Shown in pieces: positions 42,946 to 51,997 of a stretch of 64,000 nucleotides of DNA. The position numbers and the translations under genes were made by a program. The stretch's first letter is position 1. Each line of letters opens with the position of its first letter. The notes beneath the pieces are model-generated. The model did not search any database. It was not told where the DNA came from and saw nothing but the letters and a program-made list of their open reading frames with translations. The stretch comes from Anaerolineae bacterium (GTDB lineage Bacteria > Chloroflexota > Anaerolineae > S140-20), in the NCBI GenBank assembly GCA_027021705.1, contig JALUTT010000085.1, forward strand, positions 1-64,000, written 5' to 3'.

Positions 42946-43298
42946 TCCAATCCCCCTTTCCGCCAGACGTAGACGTACCCAACCGTCAGGACCAGCATAA
43001 AGATCAGCATCTCAATGAAGAGGAAAGCGCGGGCCGAGAGGTTCATAAACAGGACCGCCCAGGGGTACATAAAGATGATCTCGATGTCGAACAGGATGAA
43101 GAGGACGGCGATCCGGTAGAAGCGGATGTCAACCCGGCGCTGGGCCGGCCCGAAGGGCACCATACCCGACTCGTAGGGGGAGAGCTTGCGGGGGGTGGGG
43201 CGGCGGGGGCCGAAGAGGTTGCCCAACACGATGACCAGACCGGCCAGCCCGAGGGCGAGAAGGATCAAGATGAGGATGGGAAGGTAGCCTTGCAGCAT
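42936..43298 (-). CDS. nuoA: NADH-quinone oxidoreductase subunit A
   Basis: [21 protein letters not shown]. Confidence 0.95.
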   Translation of the reverse strand: MLQGYLPILILILLALGLAGLVIVLGNLFGPRRPTPRKLSPYESGMVPFGPAQRRVDIRFYRIAVLFILFDIEIIFMYPWAVLFMNLSARAFLFIEMLIFMLVLTVGYVYVWRKGGLEWD

Positions 43299-43416
43299 GG
43301 GCCGGACGACTCCTTTTTGTGAGAGCGTGAACTGCCTGGCCTGGGGACGCTACCAAGAGGGCTATGTGGATAGCAATCGGCGCGTCGCGCGGGGCCACGG
43401 CGACGCGCACGAGCGA

Positions 43417-43444
43417 ATTTTATCACAAAGTCGGGAGATGTCAA
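43417..43444 (-). promoter_or_regulatory. putative sigma70 promoter of nuo operon
   Basis: Minus strand TTGACA-N16-TAAAAT upstream of nuoA. Confidence 0.55.
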
Positions 43445-43486
43445 GGAAAGGTTGTAAAAAAAAGATGTGGTTCTAAGAAATACCGT

Positions 43487-44746
43487 TCAGATGACGGTGC
43501 CGGCAGGGACCACCGCGTTCTTGGGGATGACGACAATCCCATCCCGGATGACGTAGTTCTCCTCTTCGCGGTCCGGCTCTCCGGCGTGGGAGCGAATGGT
43601 GACGCCCCGGCCAATGCGGGCGTTCTTGTCAATGATGGCCCGCTCGATGTAAGCATCCTGGCCGATGCCAACGTGGGGCCGGCCCAACCGCCGGTTCTCG
43701 GCCTTCTGATCCTCGCTCTCGTAGAAGTCGGCGCCCATCATCACCACCTGGCGCAGCCGGGCACCGGGCCGCACGACGCTGCGCAGCCCGACGATGCTCT
43801 CCTCGATGTCGGCCTCGTAGAGCCGACAACCGTCGGCCACCACCGTCCGTTCCAGCCGGCATCCGTCAATCCGCGAGGCCGGCAGGAAGCGAGGCCGGGT
43901 GTAGATGGGATGGCGAGGGTCGTAGAAGTCAAAGGGCGGGTTGGGGCGGGTCAGGGCCAGGTTGGCCTCATAGAAGGCCGAGATGGTCCCGATGTCCTCC
44001 CAGTACCCCCGGAAGGGAAAGGCGTAGACGCGGGCCGATTCAATGGCCGCCGGGATGATGTGCCGGCCGAAATCCTCGCCGGGCACCTCCTCCAACAGGC
44101 GAGCGAGGACATCCATCCGAAAGATGTAGATGCCCATCGAGGCCAGGTAGGGGCGTGTCTGGCCCGGGTAGCTCTCCAGGCCGGCCAGCGCCTCGGCCCC
44201 CTGGGGCTTCTCCCGGAAGGCGACGATCCGGCCCTCGCCGTTGGTCTTCAGGATCCCGAAGCGGGAAGCCTCGTCCGCCGAGATGGGCAGGACGGCGATG
44301 GTGACGTCGGCCCGGCTCTCCCGGTGGAAGCGGATGAAATCCCGGTAGTCCATCCGGTAGAGATGATCGCCGGCCAGGATCAGGGCATCTTCCGGCGCCC
44401 GGCTGAGGAAGCGGTTCATCTGGCGGCGAACGGCATCCGCCGTCCCCTGATACCAATCGGTGCTGGTCAGCGTCTGCTCGGCCGGCAGGATCTCGACGAA
44501 GCCCTGGGAGAAGACGTCGAACTTGTAGGTCTGGTAGACGTGGCGCTGGAGCGACGCCGACAGGAACTGGGTGAGGACGAAGATGCGGGTGAGGCCGGAG
44601 TTGATGCAGTTGCTGATGGGGATGTCAATCAACCGGTACTTGCCGGCGATGGGGACGGCCGGCTTGGCCCGCATCTTGGTCAGGGGGTAGAGGCGGGTGC
44701 CCCGTCCGCCTCCCAGGACGATGGCGAGGACGTCGGGTGCAGGCAT
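43487..44746 (-). CDS. glgC: glucose-1-phosphate adenylyltransferase
   Basis: GGGRGTRLYPLT..RAKPAVP, WYQGTADAVR, YWEDIGT. Confidence 0.96.
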   Translation of the reverse strand: MPAPDVLAIVLGGGRGTRLYPLTKMRAKPAVPIAGKYRLIDIPISNCINSGLTRIFVLTQFLSASLQRHVYQTYKFDVFSQGFVEILPAEQTLTSTDWYQGTADAVRRQMNRFLSRAPEDALILAGDHLYRMDYRDFIRFHRESRADVTIAVLPISADEASRFGILKTNGEGRIVAFREKPQGAEALAGLESYPGQTRPYLASMGIYIFRMDVLARLLEEVPGEDFGRHIIPAAIESARVYAFPFRGYWEDIGTISAFYEANLALTRPNPPFDFYDPRHPIYTRPRFLPASRIDGCRLERTVVADGCRLYEADIEESIVGLRSVVRPGARLRQVVMMGADFYESEDQKAENRRLGRPHVGIGQDAYIERAIIDKNARIGRGVTIRSHAGEPDREEENYVIRDGIVVIPKNAVVPAGTVI

Positions 44747-44810
44747 GCGATCTTCTCCTCCTTCACGCAACTACCGCCTTACTGCCCGCCCCGGGTCGGC
44801 CACGGCCGGC

Positions 44811-45656
44811 CTACGAGCGAGTTCCTTGCCCCTCCGGGCTCCCCCGGCCCCGGTAGGGCACGGGCACATACTGCACCGAGGGGCGCTGCTGAGCCGGCTG
44901 GCGGTAGAGAGCCATCAGCTTGTAGACCAGATCGGGCATCTCTGTCGAGACCGGCAACCCCAACTCCTGGGCTTCCTCCACCGTGATGGGGTAGTCGTGG
45001 GTCCACCGCCCCTGGGAGAGGATCTCGGCCAGCCGCTCGGCCTGGGCGGATTCCATATGCTCCGACAGGATCTCCTGGACCGTCTGCTTCACCTGGGCGA
45101 TGGCCTTCCGGGCCACGTCGGCCAGGATGAGCGTTTTGTCCTCCACCTCGTTGGGGTCTTTCATCTCCAGGACCTTGACGATGGAAGCCGCCGGGTACTC
45201 CCCGAGCTGCGGGTCCACCGGCCCCAGGACGGCGTTCTCGTCCATCACGATCTCGTCGGCGGCCAAGGCGATGAGGGTGCCGCCGGACATCGCGTAGTGG
45301 GGGATGAAGACGGTAACCTTGGCCGGGTGTTTGCGCAGGGCGTGGGCGATCTGCTCGGCGGCCAGCACCAACCCGCCCGGCGTGTGCAGGATCAGGTCAA
45401 TGGGCACCGAGTCATCGGTCAGCTTGATGGCCCTGAGCACCTCCTCGCTGTCCTCAATGTTGATGTAGCGGAAGATGGGGAAACCCAGGAGGGCCATCGT
45501 CTCCTGGCGGTGGATCAGGGCGATGACGCGGCTCTTACGCTCCTGCTCGAGGCGCTGCATCAGCCGCAGGCGGGAAGCCTCCAGCATCCGCTTCTGCATC
45601 GCTGGCCACAGGCTTGTGACGATGAAGAAAAGCCAGAAGAGGTCGAAGATGGTCAT
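44811..45656 (-). CDS. ClpP-class serine protease (SDH_sah family)
   Basis: LHTPGG, PHYAMSGGT, WTHDYPI. Confidence 0.88.
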   Translation of the reverse strand: MTIFDLFWLFFIVTSLWPAMQKRMLEASRLRLMQRLEQERKSRVIALIHRQETMALLGFPIFRYINIEDSEEVLRAIKLTDDSVPIDLILHTPGGLVLAAEQIAHALRKHPAKVTVFIPHYAMSGGTLIALAADEIVMDENAVLGPVDPQLGEYPAASIVKVLEMKDPNEVEDKTLILADVARKAIAQVKQTVQEILSEHMESAQAERLAEILSQGRWTHDYPITVEEAQELGLPVSTEMPDLVYKLMALYRQPAQQRPSVQYVPVPYRGRGSPEGQGTRS

Positions 45657-45674
45657 AGGGCATCCTCCTGCTGT

Positions 45675-46370
45675 CTACCAGGGCCAGTATTCATCGGGGT
45701 AGGAGGGGCGCGGGCTGCGCCGGGCGAAGAGCCACACCAAGACGATGCCGGCGACGAACCCTCCGATGTGGGCCCACCAGGCCACGCCACCGCTCTGAAA
45801 GACGGAGGCCGTTAGCGCGAAGAGCCCGTTGAAGAGCTGAGAGAGGAACCAGAACCCCAGGTAGAAGAAGGCAGGGATCTCCACGATCTCGACGAAGAAG
45901 AAGATGGGGATCAGGGTGATGACCCGCGAGGTGGGGAAGAGAACGAAGTAGGCTCCCAAGACGGCTGAGATGGCACCGCTGGCCCCCACCGTGGGGACCC
46001 CGGAGAGGGGATACATCCACAGGTGTGCAAAAGCGGCGGCAACGCCCCCCACCAGGTAGAAGGCCAGGTAGCGCAGGTGTCCCATCCGGTCTTCCACGTT
46101 GTCCCCGAAGATGTAGAGGGCCAGCATATTTGAGATCAGGTGCCACCAGCCCCCGTGCATGAACATCGCCGTGAAGATGGTGGTGAACTCCTCGAGGCCC
46201 GGATGGGCCCAGAAACGGCGGGGGACCAGGCCGAAGGCCATCACAAACTGGTTCAGGGAACGTGGTCCTAGCGAGGCCTCAAAGAGGAAGACCAGGACAT
46301 TGAGCAGGATCAACGAGGTGTTGACCACGGGGAAACGGCGGGAGCGGATGGTGTCGCGGATCGGGATCAC
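45675..46370 (-). CDS. rhomboid intramembrane serine protease
   Basis: HGGWWHLISNM, GASG, AWWAHIGG. Confidence 0.93.
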   Translation of the reverse strand: MIPIRDTIRSRRFPVVNTSLILLNVLVFLFEASLGPRSLNQFVMAFGLVPRRFWAHPGLEEFTTIFTAMFMHGGWWHLISNMLALYIFGDNVEDRMGHLRYLAFYLVGGVAAAFAHLWMYPLSGVPTVGASGAISAVLGAYFVLFPTSRVITLIPIFFFVEIVEIPAFFYLGFWFLSQLFNGLFALTASVFQSGGVAWWAHIGGFVAGIVLVWLFARRSPRPSYPDEYWPW

Positions 46371-46387
46371 AGGCGGTGCTCCTTTTC

Positions 46388-47221
46388 CTACCCACCGGGT
46401 TGGATGGAAGGGGTTTCGGCCTCTCCTGAGGCTGCCTCCACGCCGGCGATGAGTCGGTGCAATCCCAGGCCCGGCGGCCCCGGCAGTACCCACACGCGGA
46501 CCTGGACCTGGCGGCCCTCGCCGTCCTCATAGCGGGCCGCCACCGTGTGGGGGGCGCTATCCAGCCACGGATAAGCCTGGTAGAGCTGGCCCACGTTGTC
46601 GAAGCAGGGGGCCAAATAGTGCCCTGAGGAGAGAACCTGGATCTCCTGAGGCCGACCATTCACCTGGGTGATCAGCACCATCGTCCAGGCCTTGCTCTCC
46701 TGGTACGAATAGCCATAACGGCCGGCAACGGCGTAGGCGTAGAAGGTCAGGACGCTCTGGGCGTACTGTCGGGTGCTCGGCAGGTGAACCTGGTCCCATC
46801 CGCCGTTGTAGGCCGAGAGGGCCAGAACCAGGTCGCCTTGTGCCTTGTGGACGATCTCGGTCAGGATTCCCGTCCCCCAAGCCAGGTTCAAGGAGGGGTC
46901 TTTCAGCGCCTCGGCCGAGGGTCGCCAGGGGAAACCCGCCTCGGCCGGCATCACCATCATCAGTCCAACCGCTCCGTAGGGACCCTCTTTCTGAGCCTGC
47001 CCGATGGACTCTTTGCGCACCACGGCGGCTACCAGATCAGGGTCCAACCCTCGCTCTTCAGCCCAGTAGGCGATCAGGGATTCCCACTGGCGGATAGCAG
47101 GCCCCCAATAGGGAGAGAGCACCACCGCTCGGGGGGGATCATTCCCGGGTGGCTCACCGCTTCGGGGTGGGAGGGAGAGTGGGAAGAGCAGGGCGAGGAT
47201 CAGCGTCCATCGCAAAAGCAT
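46388..47221 (-). CDS. lytic transglycosylase (SLT domain) protein
   Basis: AVVRKES, GAVGLMMVMP, ALSAYNGG. Confidence 0.85.
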   Translation of the reverse strand: MLLRWTLILALLFPLSLPPRSGEPPGNDPPRAVVLSPYWGPAIRQWESLIAYWAEERGLDPDLVAAVVRKESIGQAQKEGPYGAVGLMMVMPAEAGFPWRPSAEALKDPSLNLAWGTGILTEIVHKAQGDLVLALSAYNGGWDQVHLPSTRQYAQSVLTFYAYAVAGRYGYSYQESKAWTMVLITQVNGRPQEIQVLSSGHYLAPCFDNVGQLYQAYPWLDSAPHTVAARYEDGEGRQVQVRVWVLPGPPGLGLHRLIAGVEAASGEAETPSIQPGG

Positions 47222-47459
47222 AGCATCCGTCCGGCCTTGTCCTGGCGTGCGAGGAGAACCCGGCATCGTCTGGCCCGGATGATACCACAGACGGGCCATC
47301 TTCGCAAGGGTGGTCGGATGGTCGGGTGGTCAGGTGGTCACTTGGTCAAGTGGTCGCTTGGTCGGATGAAGTCCTCGGTCCTCAGTCCTCAGTCCTTGGT
47401 CCTCGGTCCTCGGTCCTCAGCCCTCGGTACTCAGTCCGCCATTGGGTCGGGTGGGGAGG

Positions 47460-47933
47460 CTATCCTCCCTCGACCCTGGCGATGGCCTCTGCGGGAGGGA
47501 CGTCGGCGTAGATGACGCTCATAATGCCGGGGAGGTACTTGTCCATCATCAGCACGTTGAGGTAGACAAGCGTCTTGATCATCTGGGGCGTCAGTTGTCC
47601 GCCCTCCACATCCACGCTGGTCTTGTACCGGACCTCGCCGTCGGAGAAGTCCATCTCGAAGTTGCCGATGATGAGGCCGTAGTTCGCCCGGGTCAGGAAC
47701 TCCGCCACGGCCTGGCGCTTGTCCGGCGGAACGTTGGTCTCCAGCACCGAGTAGAAGATGAACTGTTGTTGAGCATCCTTCGCCTGGGCGAAGCACTGCC
47801 AACTCCCGTTGTTGCCCCGGAAGCCCATCCGGAGGATTGGCCTATCCCCCAACTGTTGGAACCTCCAGTCATCATCCCTGAAGAACTGGACCATCGTATC
47901 GAAGATGCTGCCGCCTCCGAAGAATGGACTCAT
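47460..47933 (-). CDS. YbjN domain protein
   Basis: EFLTRANYGLIIGNFEMDFSDGEVRYK. Confidence 0.85.
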   Translation of the reverse strand: MSPFFGGGSIFDTMVQFFRDDDWRFQQLGDRPILRMGFRGNNGSWQCFAQAKDAQQQFIFYSVLETNVPPDKRQAVAEFLTRANYGLIIGNFEMDFSDGEVRYKTSVDVEGGQLTPQMIKTLVYLNVLMMDKYLPGIMSVIYADVPPAEAIARVEGG

Positions 47934-48167
47934 TCCGCCCTCCTTGTAGGTGTAGAACAAGGGCCTTGTGAGGGAGAGAGCTTTGAATCGAGTATATCAC
48001 ACAACCACGCCCAACGCAAGACCCAAAGCCGAATGGCCGTCCACGAACCTCCCACGAATGCACCTTCGCGGACGGCCAACCTCCGGCGGAGGGCGTTTGA
48101 ACCGCCGATGCTCTGTTCGGTGGCCCCATCCCCCCTGGCTTGGTCCGGGCGGGTATGGGAGCCCGCT

Positions 48168-51100
48168 CTACGGCCCGGCCAACCGGAACAGGGCGACCAC
48201 GGGATCGTGGTCGGCGGCCCGGTGGGGGTCGGCGCCGTCCGGCTCCGGCAGGGGGTAGTCGGCGTTGACGTGCAAGGGCTCGGCCCGCACCAGGTGCTCC
48301 CCCAGCGCCGGCGTGACCAGGATGTGGTCCAGCAACTGGGAGACGCCCTGGTAGATGAAGGAGTAGCGCTCCTCCCGAGGCAGATTCGCCAGGACGTGGA
48401 CCAGCCGACCGCCGGGTGTCTCCCCCTCTGTCAGCGCCCGCAGCGGGGCCGAACCGTAGTAGTCGTTCAGGTCGCCCAGGACCACCACGTAGGCCCCGGG
48501 ATCGCGGGCCAGGAGCTGGTCCACCAGGTGGGCGTTCCACTGGGCCTCCTTCACCCGGCGGGGCTCCGTCAGCGCCTCACCGCCCGCCTTGGAGATGAAG
48601 TGGTTGACGATGGCGTAGACGGTCACGTCGCCGGCCGAGGCGGTGCGCACCGTGACGGTGATCATCAGGGGCGGACGGCTGAAGAGCCCCTCCGGGGCCT
48701 GGTACTGGCCGGCCCCCACCACCGTCGCCCGATCGCCCCGCACCAGGAAGCCCACGTCAATCCCCCGGCTGCTGGGCCCCTCGATGAGCACCCCTTGGTA
48801 GTCGTAGCCGGCCAGGGCCGGGCGGGCCGCCAGGTCCTCCAGGACCTTGATGTTCTCCACCTCCTGCACGCCGACGATGGTCGGGGCCCCCAGGGCCGTG
48901 ATCACCTGGGCGATCCGATCCAGCCGCCTCTCGTACCGGCGGCGCGTGGGCTTGGGTGGGTCGCTCACCGGATGGGGATCGCGGTAGTCGAAGAGGTTCT
49001 CCAAGTTGAAGGTAGCGACGCTGAACTCGTCGGGGCCGGGCTCCGGCAGGCGAGGGAGCGGCGGCGGCGGAGCGCTAACGACCCGAGGCGGGGCCAGGGG
49101 TTCCACCTTGTAGTTGCCGAAGGTGTAGGCCAGCGGCCCCGTCAGGTCCATCACCTGGTCGCCGGTGCGGACCCGGTAGGGGAGGGTGCTGCCGTCTTGG
49201 TGGCGCACCAGGGAACCGTCGTCCACCCGGATGAGGAGGCCGGTCGGGTCGCCGTGGAGCACCCGGGTCACGCCGTGCTCCGGCAGCACCAGGGCGTACT
49301 CGCCGTACTGGTTGACCGGCCCGACCGCCACCGCCGGCCCCGGCAGCGTCACCAGCATCCCCTCCAGGGGCTCGTAGTAGGCCACCGCCGTCTCGTCGTC
49401 GGTCGGCGGGTCCAAGGGGACCGGCTCCGGCAGCGGCTCCCCGGCTTCCAGCACCTGCACGTCCTCCGGCCCGCCGATGTGCAGTTCCGTCTGGGCACCG
49501 CGCTCCCGCACCCGCCCCCGGACCTGCACCCGGTCGCCCGGCGACACCTGGACCTTCGCCTCGCCCGTGTAGACGAAGAGCCCCTCCGAGGTGCGGGGGT
49601 CCTCATCGGGCGTTGGGCTCTGGATCCAGAAGCCGCCCAGGTCGGGGAAGAGGCCGGTGACGATGCCCTCGGTGCTCAGCGTCTTCAGCTTGTAGGGGGA
49701 GGCGAAGCCGGGTCCCTGGACCGCCCAGATGGGCACGGTGTCGCCGACGAAGGTGAGCAGCGGCAGGCCGGTCTCGTGGGTGAGCCATTCGCTGGCCCAG
49801 GCGGCGTAGGAGGGCACGGTGATGACCCCCTCCTCGCCCGTCACGACGGCGGTGAAGTGGACGCTGGCCGACTCGCCGGCGGGCAGCGAGGGGAGGGTCC
49901 AGCGGATCACCCCCTCGGCCACCGCCCCACCATCTTCCACCTCCGCCAGGGCGGCGCTCCCGGTCGGCAGGGCGCTGGTGACGACGACGCGGCTGAAGGG
50001 GGCGTCGGTGTGGTTGCTGACGGTGAGGGTGAAGGGGACGGTCGCGCCGGGCCGGGCGTTGACCGGCGCATCCCCGCCCACGGCCAGCACCGGCGGGTAG
50101 ACTTCGACGATGTCGTCGGGGATGCGGGGCTTGAGCTCCAGCGTGTCGTTGTACATCTCGGCGATGCCGGCGATGGTGTAGCGGTGGCCCACCTCCATCG
50201 CCTCAACCGCCAGGTCCAGCCCCGTCAGCTTGTCCACGTAGACCAGGACGACGTTGCCCTCCTCGTCGGCCAGGTCAATCTGGAAACTGTAGGTGGCCTC
50301 CTCGATGCGGGTGGCCACGCCGGTGGCGGCGACGAGCCAGCCGGGGACGGCAGGGTCCTGCAAGAGCTGGCCCACGGAGAGCTGGCGGGGTGGTGGGACC
50401 TCCGCCTGGCCCAGGATGACGACGTCGTCGGGGTTGCTCTGGGGCACGATCTGGATGGAGTTGCGGTAGACGCCTACCTCGCCGGTGACCCGGACTCGGT
50501 CGCCCAGGGCCACGGTGGGCGGCTCGCCGTTCTCGTCGAAGCACTGGATCTGGATGCCGCCGCTCTCGTCCTGGAGGTAGAACTTGGCGTTGTTGGTGCC
50601 GGCGTAGTAGCCGCCGGTGTACATCGTGGCGATCCCCTCAACGGTGACCCGCCGGCCCATCAGCGTGCGGGCGACGGCGATGGGGAGGATGCCTCCTTCC
50701 ACGCGGGTGCGGACGGGTGCGGGGTAGGCCGGCTGGGGCCAATCGGCGGCCTGGGCGGTCGCCTCCCGCACGATGAGGGTGAGGTAGGTCAGGGGGGTCT
50801 CCACCGTGACCGCGCGGGCGGACGCCTCCCCGTCCGCCAGTTGGGGGATCGTCCAGCGCACCATCTGGCCTTCCACCGAGCCGTTGTCGGAGGCGGAGAC
50901 GACGGTGAGGCTGGGCGGGACGGTGAAGGTCAGCGTCACGTCGTGGACGGTCTTGCCGGTGGCGTTGGTCACCTCCAGGCGGTAGTCGAAGCGGGTGCCC
51001 GGCTCCACCGTCGTCGGGGCCTCCAGGCGGACCAGGAGCTGTTCGGCCTCGACGGGGGTGGGGAAGCTGCCGGTGTTCTGGGGGTTGGGCGCGGCGTTGA

Positions 51101-51647
51101 CCAGGAAATCGGCGCTGTTGTCATCGCTATCCTGGCCGTTCCCCGCCTCCCCACCGGGCTTGCGCTCCAGGGAGGTGCCGTTCTCGGGGGCGGGGGCGGG
51201 CGATCCCTCGGCCAATTCGGCGGCCTTCTCGCCCCAGGCCAGCCGGTCGGCTACCTCGCCGGCCGGGTCCAGCAGGGTCAAGGAGCCGAAGCGGGCGTTG
51301 ATGGGCTGGTCGAACTCGGCGTCGGGCACCAGGCCCACGTCTATGCCGGCGCGCACCAGGAGGAAGTGGCCGTGGGGGGGCACCACCGAGGGCTCCTCCC
51401 AGGTGTAGAGGGGGATCGGTTCCGTCTGGGGGGAGAGCTGGTAGAGCAGGCGGTAGCCCTGGAGGTCGAAGGGCTCCGAGGTGGCGTTGTAGAGCTCGAT
51501 GAACTCGTAGTTGTTGTTGCCTTTGGCCCCGGCCTGGAGCTCACTGATGACCAGGGGGGTCGTCGGCGTGGGCTTGGCCTCTTTCTTGCAGGCGCTCAGC
51601 AGGGCGAGGAGCGGGAGCAGCAGGAGCAGGGGCAGCGTTTTTCGCAT
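48168..51647 (-). CDS. secreted lipoprotein nuclease: lamin-tail domain, OB folds, ExeM/NucH-like EEP domain
   Basis: Lipobox LSAC; VISEL..EFIELYN; FNLENLF, QEVEN, GDLND, LDHIL, DHDP. Confidence 0.88.
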   Translation of the reverse strand: MRKTLPLLLLLPLLALLSACKKEAKPTPTTPLVISELQAGAKGNNNYEFIELYNATSEPFDLQGYRLLYQLSPQTEPIPLYTWEEPSVVPPHGHFLLVRAGIDVGLVPDAEFDQPINARFGSLTLLDPAGEVADRLAWGEKAAELAEGSPAPAPENGTSLERKPGGEAGNGQDSDDNSADFLVNAAPNPQNTGSFPTPVEAEQLLVRLEAPTTVEPGTRFDYRLEVTNATGKTVHDVTLTFTVPPSLTVVSASDNGSVEGQMVRWTIPQLADGEASARAVTVETPLTYLTLIVREATAQAADWPQPAYPAPVRTRVEGGILPIAVARTLMGRRVTVEGIATMYTGGYYAGTNNAKFYLQDESGGIQIQCFDENGEPPTVALGDRVRVTGEVGVYRNSIQIVPQSNPDDVVILGQAEVPPPRQLSVGQLLQDPAVPGWLVAATGVATRIEEATYSFQIDLADEEGNVVLVYVDKLTGLDLAVEAMEVGHRYTIAGIAEMYNDTLELKPRIPDDIVEVYPPVLAVGGDAPVNARPGATVPFTLTVSNHTDAPFSRVVVTSALPTGSAALAEVEDGGAVAEGVIRWTLPSLPAGESASVHFTAVVTGEEGVITVPSYAAWASEWLTHETGLPLLTFVGDTVPIWAVQGPGFASPYKLKTLSTEGIVTGLFPDLGGFWIQSPTPDEDPRTSEGLFVYTGEAKVQVSPGDRVQVRGRVRERGAQTELHIGGPEDVQVLEAGEPLPEPVPLDPPTDDETAVAYYEPLEGMLVTLPGPAVAVGPVNQYGEYALVLPEHGVTRVLHGDPTGLLIRVDDGSLVRHQDGSTLPYRVRTGDQVMDLTGPLAYTFGNYKVEPLAPPRVVSAPPPPLPRLPEPGPDEFSVATFNLENLFDYRDPHPVSDPPKPTRRRYERRLDRIAQVITALGAPTIVGVQEVENIKVLEDLAARPALAGYDYQGVLIEGPSSRGIDVGFLVRGDRATVVGAGQYQAPEGLFSRPPLMITVTVRTASAGDVTVYAIVNHFISKAGGEALTEPRRVKEAQWNAHLVDQLLARDPGAYVVVLGDLNDYYGSAPLRALTEGETPGGRLVHVLANLPREERYSFIYQGVSQLLDHILVTPALGEHLVRAEPLHVNADYPLPEPDGADPHRAADHDPVVALFRLAGP

Positions 51648-51787
51648 CAGGTCTCTCTCCGGGTGTGCAACTTGCAATTTGCCATTCGCAGGGAGAAATA
51701 TACACCCGATGGGGGAAGCAGGCAAGTCGCCGGAAGGGGCAAGGGGCAGGGGGCAGGGGGCAAGGGGCAAGGGGGGGCAGGAGCGGC

Positions 51788-51816
51788 TTGACTTTCCCCG
51801 GGGTTTCCGCTATACT
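51788..51816 (+). promoter_or_regulatory. sigma70-type promoter upstream of cas operon
   Basis: TTGACT-N17-TATACT. Confidence 0.75.
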
Positions 51817-51911
51817 GGGGGTGGTTTTTGAGAGCGCCTTTGAAAAGTCCTCTGTTGGGGTGTCCCCCAGGCCGGTCACGACGCCCTGGTGACCGTAGGA
51901 GCCCACGAAAC

Positions 51912-51947
51912 AGCCCGCTGGCGTCAGCGTTGCCGGCGGGCTTTCTT
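51912..51947 (+). terminator. terminator-like hairpin in the cas10 leader
   Basis: agcccgctggc / gccggcgggct stem followed by ttctt. Confidence 0.6.
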
Positions 51948-51997
51948 CCATAGCCTTAGCGGTTGCCCTGTTCAATGCCGGAGCCAAGGAGTACCCT

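Noticed and set aside
43410..43430. Possible Rex operator over the nuo promoter (TTGTGA…)
   Set aside because: Only one half-site matches; the palindrome is absent.
48168..51647. Divergent nuclease as a CRISPR ancillary effector
   Set aside because: It has a lipoprotein signal and an ExeM-like extracellular architecture with no CARF/SAVED domain; adjacency is probably incidental.
47442..51791. 1449-aa plus-strand ORF
   Set aside because: It is antisense to the clear nuclease and YbjN genes and has no recognisable motifs.
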